Source of the DNA: Squalus acanthias
Taxonomy: Eukaryota
Assembly (NCBI GenBank): GCA_030390025.1
Contig: CM059432.1
Span: 74,712,001-74,776,000, forward strand
Direction: 5' to 3'
Length of the DNA: 64,000 nucleotides
In this document: positions 1 through 14,444 of the stretch, in pieces
How positions within the stretch are numbered: the stretch's first letter is position 1
Layout of the letters: each line of letters starts with the position of its first letter
Program-made: the position numbers and the translations under genes
The notes under the pieces: model-generated
The model's input: only the letters and a program-made list of their open reading frames with translations
The model's database searches: none
What the model was told of the DNA's origin: nothing

Positions 1-3000
1 GAATCAACACAAAGGATCAATAGAAGCGATCATTTCAAGTGATCAGTACAAGGGATCAATACAAGGGATCTATACAAGTGATCAATAGTAGGGATCAATA
101 CAAGACAGAAATAGAAGGGATCAATACAAGGGATCTATACAAGTGATCAATAGAAGGGATCAATGCAAGGGATCAATACAAGGGATCAATACAAGGGTTG
201 AATACAAGAGTCAATACAAGGGATCAATACAAGGGATCTGTACAAGGGGATCAATACAAGGAATCAATACAATGGATCAATAGACGCGATCAATGGAAGG
301 GATCAATACAAGGGATCAATACAAGGGATCAATAGCAGGAGTCAATACAAGGGATCAATACAAGGGATCAATACAAGGAATCAATAGAAGGGATCAATAC
401 AAGGAATCAATACAAGGCACAAATAGAAGGGATCAATACAAGGGATCTGTACAAGGGGATCAATACAAGGAATCAATACAACGGATCAATAGAAGGGATC
501 AATAGAAGGGATCAATAGAAGTGATCAATACAAGGGATCAATACAAGGGATCAATAGCAGGGATCAATACAAGGGATCAATACAAGGGATCAATACAAGG
601 AATCAATAGAAGGGATCAATATAAGGAATCAATACGAGGCACAAATAGAAGGGATCAATATAAATGATCAATAGAACAGATCAATACAAGGGATTAATAG
701 AAGGGACCAATACAAGGGATCAGTACAAGGGGATCAATACATTGAATCAATACAATGGATCAATAGAAGGGATCAATAGAAGGGATCAATAGAAGGGCTT
801 AATACAAGGGATCAGTACAAGGGATCAATAAAAGGGATCAATAGAAGGGATCAATACAAGGGATCAATACAAGTGACTAATAGAAGGGATCAATACAAGT
901 GATCAATTGAAGGGAGCAACAGAATGGATCAGTACAAGGGTTCAATACAAGGGAGCAATAGAAGGGATCAATACAAGGGATCAATAGCAGGGATCAATAC
1001 AAGGGATCACTACAAGGGATCAGTACAAGGGATCAATAAAAGGGATCAATAGAAGGGATCAATACAAGGGATCAATACAAGGGACTAATAGAAGGGATCC
1101 ATACAAGTGATCAATTGAAGGGAGCAACAGAATGGATCAGTACAAGGTTTCAATACAAGTGATCAATAGAAGGGATCAATACAAGGGATCATTACTTGCT
1201 ATCAATACAAGGGATCAGTACAAGCGATCCATACATAGCATCAATACAAGGGATCAGGAAATGGCTTCAATATAAGGGATCAATAGAAGAGATCAATAGA
1301 AGGAATCAATACAAAGGCTCAAAACAAGAGATCAATACAAGGATTCAGTACAAGGGATCAATAAAAGGGATCAATACAAGAGACAAAATGAAGGGATCAA
1401 TAAATGGCATCAATAAAATGAATTAATACAAGGGATCAATACAAGGAATCAATACAATGGAGAAATAGAAGTGATCAAGAGAAGGGATCAATAGACGGGA
1501 TCAATAGAAGGGATCAATACAAGGGATCACTACAAGGGATCAATAGAAGGGACTAATACCAGGGATTAATAGAAGGGATCTATACAAGGGATCAATACAA
1601 GGGATCACTGCAAGGGATCAATACAAGGGATCAATACAAGGTGATCAATACTAGGGATCAATACAAGGGATCAATACAATGGTTCAGTACAAGGGTTCAA
1701 TACAAGGGTTCAATACAAGGGATCATTGCAAGGGCTCAATACAAGGGATCAATGCAAGGGATCAATAGAAGGGATCAATACAAGTGATCAATAAAAGGGA
1801 TCAATAGAAGGGATCAATACAAGGGATCATTACTTGCAATCAATACAAGGGATCAGTACAAGCGATCCATACATGGCATCAATACAAGGGATCAGGAAAT
1901 GGCTTCAATATAAGGGATCAATAGAAGAGATCAATACAAGGGATCAATACAAGGGAACAATACAAGGGATTAGTACAAGGGATCAATAGAAGGAATCAAT
2001 ACAAAGGCTCAAAACAAGAGATCAATACAAGGGTTCAGTACAAGGGATCAATAAAAGGGATCAATACAAGAGACAAAATTAAGGGATCAATAAATGGCAT
2101 CAATAAAATGAATTAATACAAGGGATCAATACAAGGAATCAATACAATGGAGAAAGAGAAGTGATCAAGAGAAGGGATCAATAGAAGGGATCAATAGAAG
2201 GGATCAACACAAGGGATCACTACAAGGGATCAATAGAAGGGACTAATACCAGGGATTAATAGAAGGGATCTATACAAGGGATCAATACAAGGGATCAATG
2301 GAAGGGAGCAATAGAAGGGATCAATACAAGGGATCAATACAAGGGATCAATACAAGGAATCAATACAAAGGATCAATAGAAGCGATCAATACAAGGGATC
2401 TATACAAGTGATCAATAGAAGGGATCAATACAAGGGATCAATACAAGGGATCAATACAAGGGATCAATAGAAGTGATCAGTTTAAGAGATCAGTACAAGG
2501 GATCAATAGAAGGGATTAATACAAGGGAGCAATACAAGGGATCAATACAAGGGAACAATACAAGGGATCAGTACAAGGGATCAATACAAGGGATCAGTAC
2601 AAGTGATCGATACAAGGAATCAATAGAAGGGATCAATAGAAGGGATCAATAGAAGGGATCAATAGAGGGGATCAATGCAAGGGATCAACAGAAGGGATCA
2701 ATACAAGGGATCAATACAAGGGATCAACAGAAGGGATCAATAAAAGTGATCAATACAAGGGATTAATAGAAGGGACTAACATAAGGGATTAATAGAAGAT
2801 ATCTATACAAGGGATCAATACAAGGGATCAATACAAGGGATCTATACAAGGGATCAATACAAGGGATCAATAAAAGGAATCAATAAAATGGATCAATACA
2901 TGGAATCAATACAACAGATCAATAGAAGTGATCAATACAAGGGAGCAATACAAGGGACCAATAGAAGGGACTAATAGAAGGGATCAATACAAGTGTTTAA

Positions 3001-3549
3001 TACAAGTGATCAAGAGAAGGGATCAATACAAGTGATCAGGACAGGGGATCAGGACAAGTGATCAGGACAAGTGATCAGGACAAGGGATCAATACAAGGGA
3101 TCAATACAATGGATCAGTACAAGGGATCAGTACAAGTGATCAATGCAAGGGATCAATAGAAGTGATCAATAGAAGGGATCAATACAAGGGATCAATAAAA
3201 GGGATCAATAGAAGGGATCAATACAAGGGATCAATACAAGAGACTAATAGAAGGGATCAATACAAGGGATCAATAGAAGGGATCAATACAAGGGATCATT
3301 ACTTGCAATCAATACAAGGGATCAGTACATGCGATCCATACATGGCATCAATACAAGGGATCAGGAAATGGCTTCAATATAAGGGATCAATAGAAGAGAT
3401 CAATACAAGGGATCAATACAAGGGAACAATACAAGGGATTAGTACAAGGGATCAGCACAAGACATCAATACAAGGGATCAATACAAGGGATCAATACAAG
3501 GGATCAATAGAAGGAATCAATACAAAGGCTCAAAACAAGAGATCAATAC

Positions 3550-3641
3550 GGGGATAGGGTGGGATATGTGTCGATGCAGGCTCGATGGGCCGAAATGGCC
3601 TCTACCTGCACTGTGGGAATTCTGTATGCTGTATTCTGTGT
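3550..3641 (+). mobile_element. 5'-truncated retroposon 3' end (HE1-like SINE / CR1-type 3' tail), copy 1
   Basis: Non-satellite 92 bp with the CR1-type 3' stem-loop motif GCAGGCTCGATGGGCCGAAATGGCCT (TGCAGG 3575-3580 pairs with CCTGCA 3605-3610) and a 7-mer tail ATTCTGT/ATGCTGT/ATTCTGT. Flanked by AATAC direct repeats (3545-3549, 3642-3646); empty-site paralogues at ~2024 and ~5723 carry a single AATAC. HE1 assignment is by recalled resemblance, not a database search. Confidence 0.8.
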
Positions 3642-6600
3642 AATACAAGGGTTCAGTACAAGGGATCAATAAAAGGGATCAATACAAGAGACAAAATGAA
3701 GGGATCAATAAATGGCATCAATAAAATGAATTAATACAAGGGATCAATACAAGGAATCAATACAATGGAGAAATAGAAGTGATCAAGAGAAGGGATCAAT
3801 AGAAGGGATCAATACAACGGATCACTACAAGGGATCAATAGAAGGGACTAATACCAGGGGTTAATAGAAGGGATCAATACAAGGGATCAATACAAGGGAT
3901 CAATGGAAGGGAGCAATAGCAGGGATCAATACAAGGGATCACTAAAAGGGATCAGTATAAGTGGTCAATACAAGGGATCTATACAAGGAATCAATACAAG
4001 GGATCAATACAAGGGATCAATACAAGGAATCAACACAAAGGATCAATAGAAGCGATCATTTCAAGTGATCAGTACAAGGGATCAATACAAGGGATCTATA
4101 CAAGTGATCAATAGAAGGGATCAATACAAGACAGAAATAGAAGGGATCAATACAAGGGTTGAATACAAGAGTCAATACAAGGGATCAATACAAGGGATCT
4201 GTACAAGGGGATCAATACAAGGAATCAATACAATGGATCAATAGACGGGATCAATGGTAGGGATCAATACAAGGGATCAATACAAGGGATCAATAATAGG
4301 AATCAATACAAGGGATCAATACAAGGGATCAATAACAGGGATCAATACAAGGGATCAATACAAGGGATCAATACAAGGAATCAATAGAAGGGATCAATAT
4401 AAGGAATCAATACAAGGCACAAATAGAAGGGATCAATATAAATGATCAATAGAACAGATCAATACAAGGGAGTAATAGAAGGGACCAATACAAGGGATCA
4501 GTACAAGGGGATCAATACAGGGAATCAATACAATGGATCAATAGAAGGGATCAATAGAAGGGATCAATAGAAGGGCTTAATACAAGGGATCAATACAAGG
4601 GATCAACAGAAGGGATCAATACAAGTGATCAGTACAAGGGATTAATAGAAGGGACTAATATAAGGGATTAATAGAAGGGATCAATACAAGGGATCAATAA
4701 AAGGAATCAATAAAATGGATCAATACATGGAATCAATACAAGTGATCAATAGAAGTGATCAGTTCAAGGGATCAGTACAAGGGATCAATACAAGGGATTA
4801 ATAGAAGGGATCAATACAAGGGATCACTACAAAGGATCAGTACAAGGGATCAATAAAAGTGATCAATAGAAGGGATCAATACAAGGGATCAATACAAGTG
4901 ACTAATAGAAGGGATCAATACAAGTGATCAATTGAAGGGAGCAACAGAATGGATCAGTACAAGGGTTCAATACAAGGGAGCAATAGAAGGGATCAATACA
5001 AGGGATCAATAGCAGGGATCAATACAAGGGATCACTACAAGGGATCAGTACAAGGGATCAATAAAAGGGATCAATAGAAGGGATCAATACAAGGGATCAA
5101 TACAAGGGACTAATAGAAGGGACCAATACAAGTGATCAATTGAAGGGAGCAACAGAATGGATCAGTACAAGGGTTCAATACAAGTGATCAATAGAAGGGA
5201 TCAATACAAGGGATCATTACTTGCTATCAATACAAGGGATCAGTACAAGCGATCCATACATAGCATCAATACAAGGGATCAGGAAATGGCTTCAATATAA
5301 GGGATCAATAGAAGAGATCAATAGAAGGAATCAATACAAAGGCTCAAAACAAGAGATCAATACAAGGATTCAGTACAAGGGATCAATAAAAGGGATCAAT
5401 ACAAGAGACAAAATGAAGGGATCAATAAATGGCATCAATAAAATGAATTAATACAAGGGATCAATACAAGGAATCAATACAATGGAGAAATAGAAGTGAT
5501 CAAGAGAAGTGATCAATAGACGGGATCAATAGAAGTGATCAATACAAGGGATCACTACAAGGGATCAATAGAAGGGACTAATACCAGGGATTAATAGAAG
5601 GGATCTATACAAGGGATCAATAGAAGAGATCAATACAAGGGATCACTACAAGGGAACAATACAAGGGATTAGTACAAGGGATCAATAGAAGGAATCAATA
5701 CAAAGGCTCAAAACAAGAGATCAATACAAGGGTTCAGTACAAGGGATCAATAAAAGGGATCAATACAGGAGACAAAATTAAGGGATCAATAAATGGCATC
5801 AATAAAATGAATTAATACAAGGGATCAATACAAGGAATCAATACAATGGAGAAAGAGAAGTGATGAAGAGAAGGGATCAATAGAAGGGATCAATAGAAGG
5901 GATCAATACAAGGGATCACTACAAGGGATCAATAGAAGGGACTAATACCAGGGATTAATAGAAGGGATCTATACAAGGGATCAATACAAGGGATCAATGG
6001 AAGGGAGCAATAGAAGGGATCAATACAAGGGATCAATACAAGCGATCAATACAAGGAATCAATACAAAGGATCAATAGAAGCGATCAATACAAGGGATCT
6101 ATACAAGCGATCAATAGAAGGGATCAATACAAGGGATCAATACAAGGGATCAATAGAAGTGATTAGTTCAAGGGATCAGTACAAGGGATCAATAGAAGGG
6201 ATTAATACAAGGGAGCAATACAAGGGATCAATACAAGGGAACAATACAAGGGATCAGTACAAGGGATCAATACAAGGGATCAGTACAAGTGATCGATACA
6301 AGGAATCAATACAACGGATCAATAGAAGGGATCAATAGAAGGGATCAATAGAGGGGATCAATGCAAGGGATCAACAGAAGGGATCAATACAAGGGATCAA
6401 TACAAGGGATCAACAGAAGGGATCAATTAAAGTGATCAATACAAGGGATTAATAGAAGGGACTAACATAAGGGATTAATAGAAAATATCTATACAAGGGA
6501 TCAATACAAGGGATCAATACAAGGGATCTATACAAGGGATCAATACAAGGGATCAATAAAAGGAATCAATAAAATGGATCAATACATGGAATCAATACAA

Positions 6601-7209
6601 CAGATCAATAGAAGTGATCAATACAAGGGAGAAATACAAGGGACCAATAGAAGTGACTAATAGAAGGGATCAATACAAGTGTTTAATACAAGTGATCAAG
6701 AGAAGGGATCAATACAAGTGATCAGGACAGGGGATCAGGACAAGTGATCAGGACAAGGGATCAATACAAGGGATGAATACAAGGGATCAATACAATGGAT
6801 CAGTACAAGGGATCAGTACAAGTGATCAATGCAAGGGATCAATAGAAGTGATCAATAGAAGGGATCAATACAAGGGATCAATAAAAGGGATCAATAGAAG
6901 GGATCAATACAAGGGATCAATACAAGAGACTAATAGAAGAGATCAATACAAGGGATCAATAGAAGGGATCAATACAAGGGATCATTACTTGCAATCAATA
7001 CAAGGGATCAGTACAAGCGATCCATACATGGCATCAATACAAGGGATCAGGAAATGGCTTCAATACAAGGGATCAATACAAGGGAACAATACAAGGGATT
7101 AGTACAAGGGATCAGCACAAGACATCAATACAAGGGATCAATACAAGGGATCAATACAAGGGATCAATAGAAGGAATCAATACAAAGGCTCAAAACAAGA
7201 GATCAATAT

Positions 7210-7301
7210 GGGGATAGGGTGGGATATGTGTCGGTGCAGGCTCGATGGGCCGAAATGGCCTCTACCTGCACTGTGGGAAATCTGTGTGCTGTATTCTGTG
7301 T
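7210..7301 (+). mobile_element. 5'-truncated retroposon 3' end (HE1-like SINE / CR1-type 3' tail), copy 2
   Basis: Same insert as 3550-3641 with the same junctions, 3660 bp downstream; 3 substitutions inside the insert and 1 in the left TSD (AATAT). Confidence 0.8.
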
Positions 7302-10300
7302 AATACAAGGGTTCAGTACAAGGGATCAATAAAAGGGATCAATACAAGAGACAAAATGAAGGGATCAATAAATGGCATCAGTAAAATGAATTAATACAAG
7401 GGATCAATACAAGGAATCAATACAATGGAGAAATAGAAGTGATCAAGAGAAGGGATCAATAGAAGGGATCAATAGAAGGGATCAATACAACGGATCACTA
7501 CAAGGGATCAATAGAAGGGACTAATACCAGGGATTAATAGAAGGGATCAATACAAGGAATCAATACAAGGGATCAATGGAAGGGAGCAATAGAAGGGATC
7601 AATACAAGGGATCAATAAAAGGGATCAGTATAAGTGGTCAATATAAGGGATCTATACAAGGAATCAATACAAGGGATCAATACAAGGGATCAATACAAGG
7701 AATCAACACAAAGGATCAATAGAAGCGATCATTTCAAGTGATCAGTACAAGGGATCAATACAAGGGATCTATACAAGTGATCAATAGAAGGGATCAATAC
7801 AAGACAGAAATAGAAGGGATCAATACAAGGGATCTATACAAGTGATCAATAGAAGGGATCAATGCAAGGGATCAATACAAGGGATCAACACAAGGGTTGA
7901 ATACAAGAGTCAATACAAGGGATCAATACAAGGGATCTGTACATGGGGATCAATACAAGGAATCAATACAATGGATCAATAGACGGGATCAATGGAAGGG
8001 ATCAATACAAGGGATCAATACAAGGGATCAATAGCAGGAATCAATACAAGGGATCAATACAAGGGATCAATACAAGGAATCAATAGAAGGGATCAATACA
8101 AGGAATCAATACAAGGCACAAATAGAAGGGATCAATACAAGGGATCTGTACAAGGGGATCAATACAAGGAATCAATACAACAGATCAATAGAAGGGATCA
8201 ATAGAAGGGATTAATAGAAGTGATCAATACAAGGGATCAATACAAGGGATCAATAGCAGGGATCAATACAAGGGATCAATACAAGGGATCAATACAAGGA
8301 ATCAATAGAAGGGATCAATATAAGGAATCAATACAAGGCACAAATAGAAGGGATCAATATAAATGATCAATAGAACAGATCAATACAAGGGATTAATAGA
8401 AGGGACCAATACAAGGGATCAGTACAAGGGGATCAATACAAGGAATCAATACAATGGATCAATAGAAGGGATCAATAGAAGGATCAATAGAAGGGCTTAA
8501 TACAAGGGATCAATACAAGGGATCAACAGAAGGGATCAATGCAAGTGATCAGTACAAGGGATTAATAGAAGGGACTAATATAAGGGATTAATAGAAGGGA
8601 TCAATACAAGGGATCAATAAAAGGAATCAATACAAGTGATCAATAGAAGTGATCAGTTCAAGGGATCAGTACAAGGGATCAATACAAGGGATTAACAGAA
8701 GGGATCAATACAAGGGATCAATACAAGGGATCAATACAAGGAATCAACACAAAGGATCAATAGAAGCGATCATTTCAAGTGATCAGTACAAGGGATCAAT
8801 ACAAGGGATCTATACAAGTGAACAATAGAAGGGATCAATACAAGACAGAAATAGAAGGGATCAATACAAGGGATCTATACAAGTGATCAATAGAAGGGAT
8901 CAATGCAAGGGATCAATACAAGGGATCAACACAAGGGTTGAATACAAGAGTCAATACAAGGGATCAATACAAGGGATCTGTACAAGGGGATCAATACAAG
9001 GAATCAATACAATGGATCAATAGACGGGATCAATGGAAGGGATCAATACAAGGGATCAATACAAGGGATCAATAGCAGGAATCAATACAAGGGATCAATA
9101 CAAGGGATCAATAGAAGCGATCATTTCAAGTGATCAGTACAAGGGATCAATACAAGGGATCTATACAAGTGAACAATAGAAGGGATCAATACAAGACAGA
9201 AATAGAAGGGATCAATACAAGGGATCTATACAAGTGATCAATAGAAGGGTTGAATACAAGAGTCAATACAAGGGATCAATACAAGGGATCTGTACAAGGG
9301 GATCAATACAAGGAATCAATACAATGGATCATTAGACGGGATCAATGGAAGGGATCAATACAAGGGATCAATACAAGGGATCAATACAAGGGATCAATAC
9401 AAGGAATCAACACAAAGGATCAATAGAAGCGATCATTTCAAGTGATCAGTACAAGGGATCAATACAAGGCACAAATAGAAGGGATCAATACAAGGGATCA
9501 ATACAAGGAATCAATAGAAGGGATCAATATAAGGAATCAATACAAGGCACAAATAGATGGGATCAATATAAATGATCAATAGAACAGATCAATACAAGGG
9601 ATTAATAGAAGGGACCAATACAAGGGATCAGTACAAGGGGATCAATACAAGGAATCAATACAATGGATCAATAGAAGGGATCAATAGAAGGGATCAATAG
9701 AAGGGCTTAATACAAGGGATCAATACAAGGGATCAACAGAAGGGATCAATGCAAGTGATCAGTACAAGGGATTAATAGAAGGGACTAATATAAGGGATTA
9801 ATAGAAGGGATCAATACAAGGGATCAATAAAAGGAATCAATAAAATGGATTAATACATGGAATCAATACAAGTGATCAATAGAAGTGATCAGTTCAAGGG
9901 ATCAGTACAAGGGATCAATACAAGGGATTAATAGAAGGGATCAATACAAGGGCTCAATACAAGGGACTAATAGAAGGGATCCATACAAGTGATCAATTGA
10001 AGGGAGCAACAGAATGGATCAGTACAAGGGTTCAATACAAGTGATCAATAGAAGGGATCAATACAAGGGATCATTACTTGCTATCAATACAAGGGATCAG
10101 TACAATCGATCCATACATAGCATCAATACAAGGGATCAGGAAATGGCTTCAATATAAGGGATCAATAGAAGAGATCAATAGAAGGAATCAATACAAAGGC
10201 TCAAAACAAGAGATCAATACAAGGATTCAGTACAAGGGATCAATAAAAGGGATCAATACAAGAGACAAAATGAAGGGATCAATAAATGGCATCAATAAAA

Positions 10301-13300
10301 TGAATTAATACAAGGGATCAATACAAGGAATCAATACAATGGAGAAATAGAAGTGATCAAGAGAAGGGATCAATAGACGGGATCAATAGAAGTGATCAAT
10401 ACAAGGGATCACTACAAGGGATCAATAGAAGTGATCAATACAAGGGATCACTACAAGGGATCAATAGAAGGGACTAATACCAGGGATTAATAGAAGGGAT
10501 CTATACAAGGGATCAATACAAGGGATCAATGGAAGGGAGCAATAGAAGGGATCAATACAAGGGATCAATAAAAGGGATCAGTATAAGTGGTCAATACAAG
10601 GGATCTATACAAGGAATCAATACAAAGGATCAGTAGAAGCGATCATTTCAAGGGATCAGTACAAGGGATCAATACAAGGGATCTATACAAGTGATCAATA
10701 GAAGGGATCAATACAAGGAATCAATACAAGACAGAAATAGAAGGGATCAATACAAGGGATCTATACAAGTGATCAATAGAAGGGATCAATGCAAGGGATC
10801 AATACAAGACAGAAATAGAAGCGATCAACACAAGGGATCAATACAAGGGATCAATAGAAGGGAGCAATAGAAGAGATCGATACAAGGGGTCAATACAAGG
10901 GATCAATACAAGGGAACAATACAAGGGATCAGTACAAGGGATCAATACGAGGGATTAATAGAAAGGATCAATACAAGGAATCAATACAAAGGATCAATAG
11001 AAGTGATCAATTCAAGGGATCAGTACAAGGGATCAATACAAGGGCACAATAGAAGGGATCAATACAAGGGATCAATACAAGGGATCAGTACAAGTATTCA
11101 ATACAATTGTTCAGTGCAAGGAATCAATACAAGGGATCAGTACAAGGGATCAACAAAAGAGATCAATAGAAGGGAGCAATAAAAGAGATCAAATGAAGGG
11201 ATCAATAGAACAGATCAATACAAGGGATTCATAGAAGGGATCAATACAAGGGATCATTAGAAGGGATCAATACAAGGGATCAATACAAGGGATCAATAGA
11301 AGTGATCAGTTCAAGGGATCAGTACAAGGGATCAATAGAAGGGATTAGTACAAGGGCGCAATACAAGGGATCAATACAAGGGAGCAATACAAGGGATCAG
11401 TACAAGTGATCGATACAAGGAATCAATACAATGGATCAATAGAAGGGATCAACAGAAGGGATCAATACAAGGGATCAACAGAAGGGATCAATAAAAGTGA
11501 TAAATACAAGGGATTAATAGAAGGGACTAATATAAGGGATTAATAGAAGGGATCTATACAAGGGATCAATACAAGGGATCAATACAAGGGATCTATACAA
11601 GGGATCAATACAAGGGATCAATAAAAGGAATCAATAAAATGGATCAATACATGGAATCAATACAACAGATCAATAGAAGTGATCAATACAAGGGAGCAAT
11701 ACAAGGGACCAATAGAAGGGACTAATAGAAGGGATCAATACAAGTGTTTAATACAAGTGATCAAGAGAAGGGATCAATACAAGTGATCAGGACAGGGGAT
11801 CAGGACAAGTGATCAGGACAAGGGATCAATACAAGGGATGAATACAAGGGATCAATACAAAGGATCAATAGAAGGGATCAGTACAAGGGATCAGTGCAAG
11901 AGATCAATGCAAGGGATCAATAGAAGAGATCAGTAGAAGGGATTAATACAAAGGATCAATACAAGAGATCAATACAAAGGATCAATACAAGGGATAATTA
12001 AATGGCATCAATACAATGAATTATTACATGCGGTCAATACAAGGGATCAAAGAAGGGATCCACAGAAGGGATCAATATTAGGGATCACTACAAGGGATCT
12101 GTACAAGGGTACAGAACAAGGAATCAGTACATGGCATCCATACAAGGGATCAGGACATAGCATCAATATAAGGGATCAATAGAGGGGATCAATACAAGTG
12201 ATCAGGACAGGGGACCAGGACAAGGGATCAATATAAGGGCTCAGAAGAAGGGATCAATACAAGGGATCAGTACAATGGATCAATTCATGTGATCAGAAGA
12301 AGGGATCAATACAAGGGATCAGTACAATGGATCAATTCAAGTGATTACTACAAGGGATCAATACAAGGGATCAATACAAGGGATCAATACCATGGATCAG
12401 TACAAGGGACCAGGACAAGGGATCAATACATGGGATCAGGAGAAGAGATCAGGACAAGGGATCAATACAAGGGATGAGTAAAAGTGTCAGTACAAGAGAT
12501 CAATGCAAGGGATCAATACAAGGGATCAATAGCAGGGATCAATAGAAGGGAGCAAAAGAAGGGATCAATACAATGAATCAATACAAGGATCAATAGAAGT
12601 GATCAATACAAGGAATTAATACAAGGGATCAAATGAAGGGATCAATACAAGGGATCAGTACAAGGGGATCAACCGTATGGATCAATACAAGTATCAATAC
12701 AAGGGATTAACACAAGGGATCAATATCAGGGATCAATACAAGGGATCAGTACAAGGGATCAGTTCAAGAGATCAATGGAAGTGATCAGTACAAGGGATCA
12801 ATACAAGGGATTAATACAATCAATCAGTACAAGGGATCAATACAAGGGATCAATACAAGGGATTAATACAAAGGACCAGTACAGGAGATCAATAGAATGG
12901 ATCAATACAAGGGATCAGGACACAAGAGCAATGCAAGTGATCAATACGAGGGATCAATACAAGGGATCAATATCAGGGATCAATACAAGGGATCAATACA
13001 AGGGATCAATAAATGGCATCAATACAAGGAATTAATAGAAGGGATCAATACAAGGGATCAATAGCAGGGATAATTACAAGGGATCAATACAAGGGATCAA
13101 TAGAAAGGTTCAATACAAGGAATTAATAGAAGGGATCAATACAAGGGATCAGTACAAGGGGATCAATAAATGAATCCATACAACGGATCAATAGAAGGGA
13201 TCAATAGAAGGGATCAATGGAAGGGCTCAGTACAAGGGATCAATACAAGGGATCAACAGAAGGGATCAATACAAGTGATCATTACAAGGGATTAATAGAA

Positions 13301-14076
13301 CGGACTAATATAAGGGATTAATAGACGGGATCAATGCAAGGTACCAATACAAGGAATCAATAGAAGGGATCAATACAAGGGATCAATACAAGGAATCAAT
13401 ACAAGGGCCCAATAGAAGGGATGAATATAAAGGATCAATACAAGGGACCAATAGAAGGGACTAATAGAAGGGATCAATACAAGTGTTCAAACAAGGGATC
13501 AAGAGAAGGGATCAAAACAAGAGATCAGGACAGGGGAGCAGGACAAGGGATCAGGACAAGGGATCAATACAAGGGATCAATAGAAGGGATCAATACAAAG
13601 GATCAGTAAAAGGGATCAATACAAGTGATCAATACAAGGGATCAACAGAAGGGATCAATACAAGGGATCAATACAAGGAATCAGTACAAGGGATCAGTAC
13701 AAGGGATCAGGACCAGGGATCAATATAAGGGATCAATAAAAGGAATAAATACAAGGGATCAGTACAAAGGATCAGGACAAGGGAACAATACAAGGGATCA
13801 GAAGAAGGGATCAATACAAGAGATCAGTACAATGGATCAATTCAAGTGATCAATAAAAGTGATCAATACAAGGGATCAATACAAGGGAACAATAAAATGG
13901 ATCATTACAAGGGATCAGGACAAGAGATCAGGACAAGGGATCAGGACAAGGGATCAATACAAGGGATCAATAGAAGGGATCAATACAAAGGATCAGTAAA
14001 AGGGATCAATACAAGTGATCAATACAAGGGATCAACAGAAGGGATCAATACAAGGGATCAATACAAGGGATCAGTA

Positions 14077-14228
14077 CCACAGAGGCGGCGGACCTGGGTG
14101 GAGCAACAGCGGCGAGGCGGCGGCGGTAAAAGGCGGCAGCGACCAGGTAGGCCCACAGAGGCGGCGGACCTGGGTGGAGCAACAGCGGCAAGGCGGCGGC
14201 GGTAAAAGGCGGCAGCGACCAGGTAGGC
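14077..14228 (+). repeat. Two 76-bp GC/CpG-rich tandem monomers at the LINE 5' end
   Basis: CCACAGAGGCGGCGGACC...GACCAGGTAGGC at 14077-14152 and 14153-14228, differing at one base (GGCGAGG vs GGCAAGG). Confidence 0.95.
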
Positions 14229-14274
14229 TTTCACCAAGCCGAGAGCAGGAGAGAGGTAAAAAAATAATCGAAGT

Positions 14275-14315
14275 GTGACGTCACCAGAAAGCAGGTAAGT
14301 GATTGGTTGGTGAGT
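14275..14315 (+). promoter_or_regulatory. Motif cluster in LINE 5' UTR: CRE/ATF palindrome, consensus 5' splice sites, inverted CCAAT
   Basis: GTGACGTCAC at 14275-14284 (contains TGACGTCA), CAG|GTAAGT at 14292-14300, ATTGG at 14302-14306, G|GTGAGT at 14309-14315. Function is inferred from motif match only. Confidence 0.5.
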
Positions 14316-14444
14316 ATTTCTCTTTTTTTAATACAAAACTTCAATTCCATAGTTTATAGTTTCTCGGGTATCTGTATTGTAGCGGAGACTGCTGGCATAA
14401 ATTAACTGAAGGGTAAATAATAAATTTTTAATTAATTACATAGA

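Larger units (their letters stand above)
1..14076 (+). repeat. 13-bp tandem satellite (GGGATCAATACAA and variants such as GGGATCAATAGAA, GGGATCAGTACAA), left array
   Basis: Continuous head-to-tail 13-mers with point variants, read directly; interrupted only by 92-bp inserts at 3550 and 7210. Confidence 0.99.

Noticed and set aside
13846..14278. Chimeric satellite/GC-rich ORFs (13846-14205, 14015-14278), and similarly 18450-18665 and 50576-50764
   Set aside because: They merely cross element-satellite junctions through stop-poor sequence.
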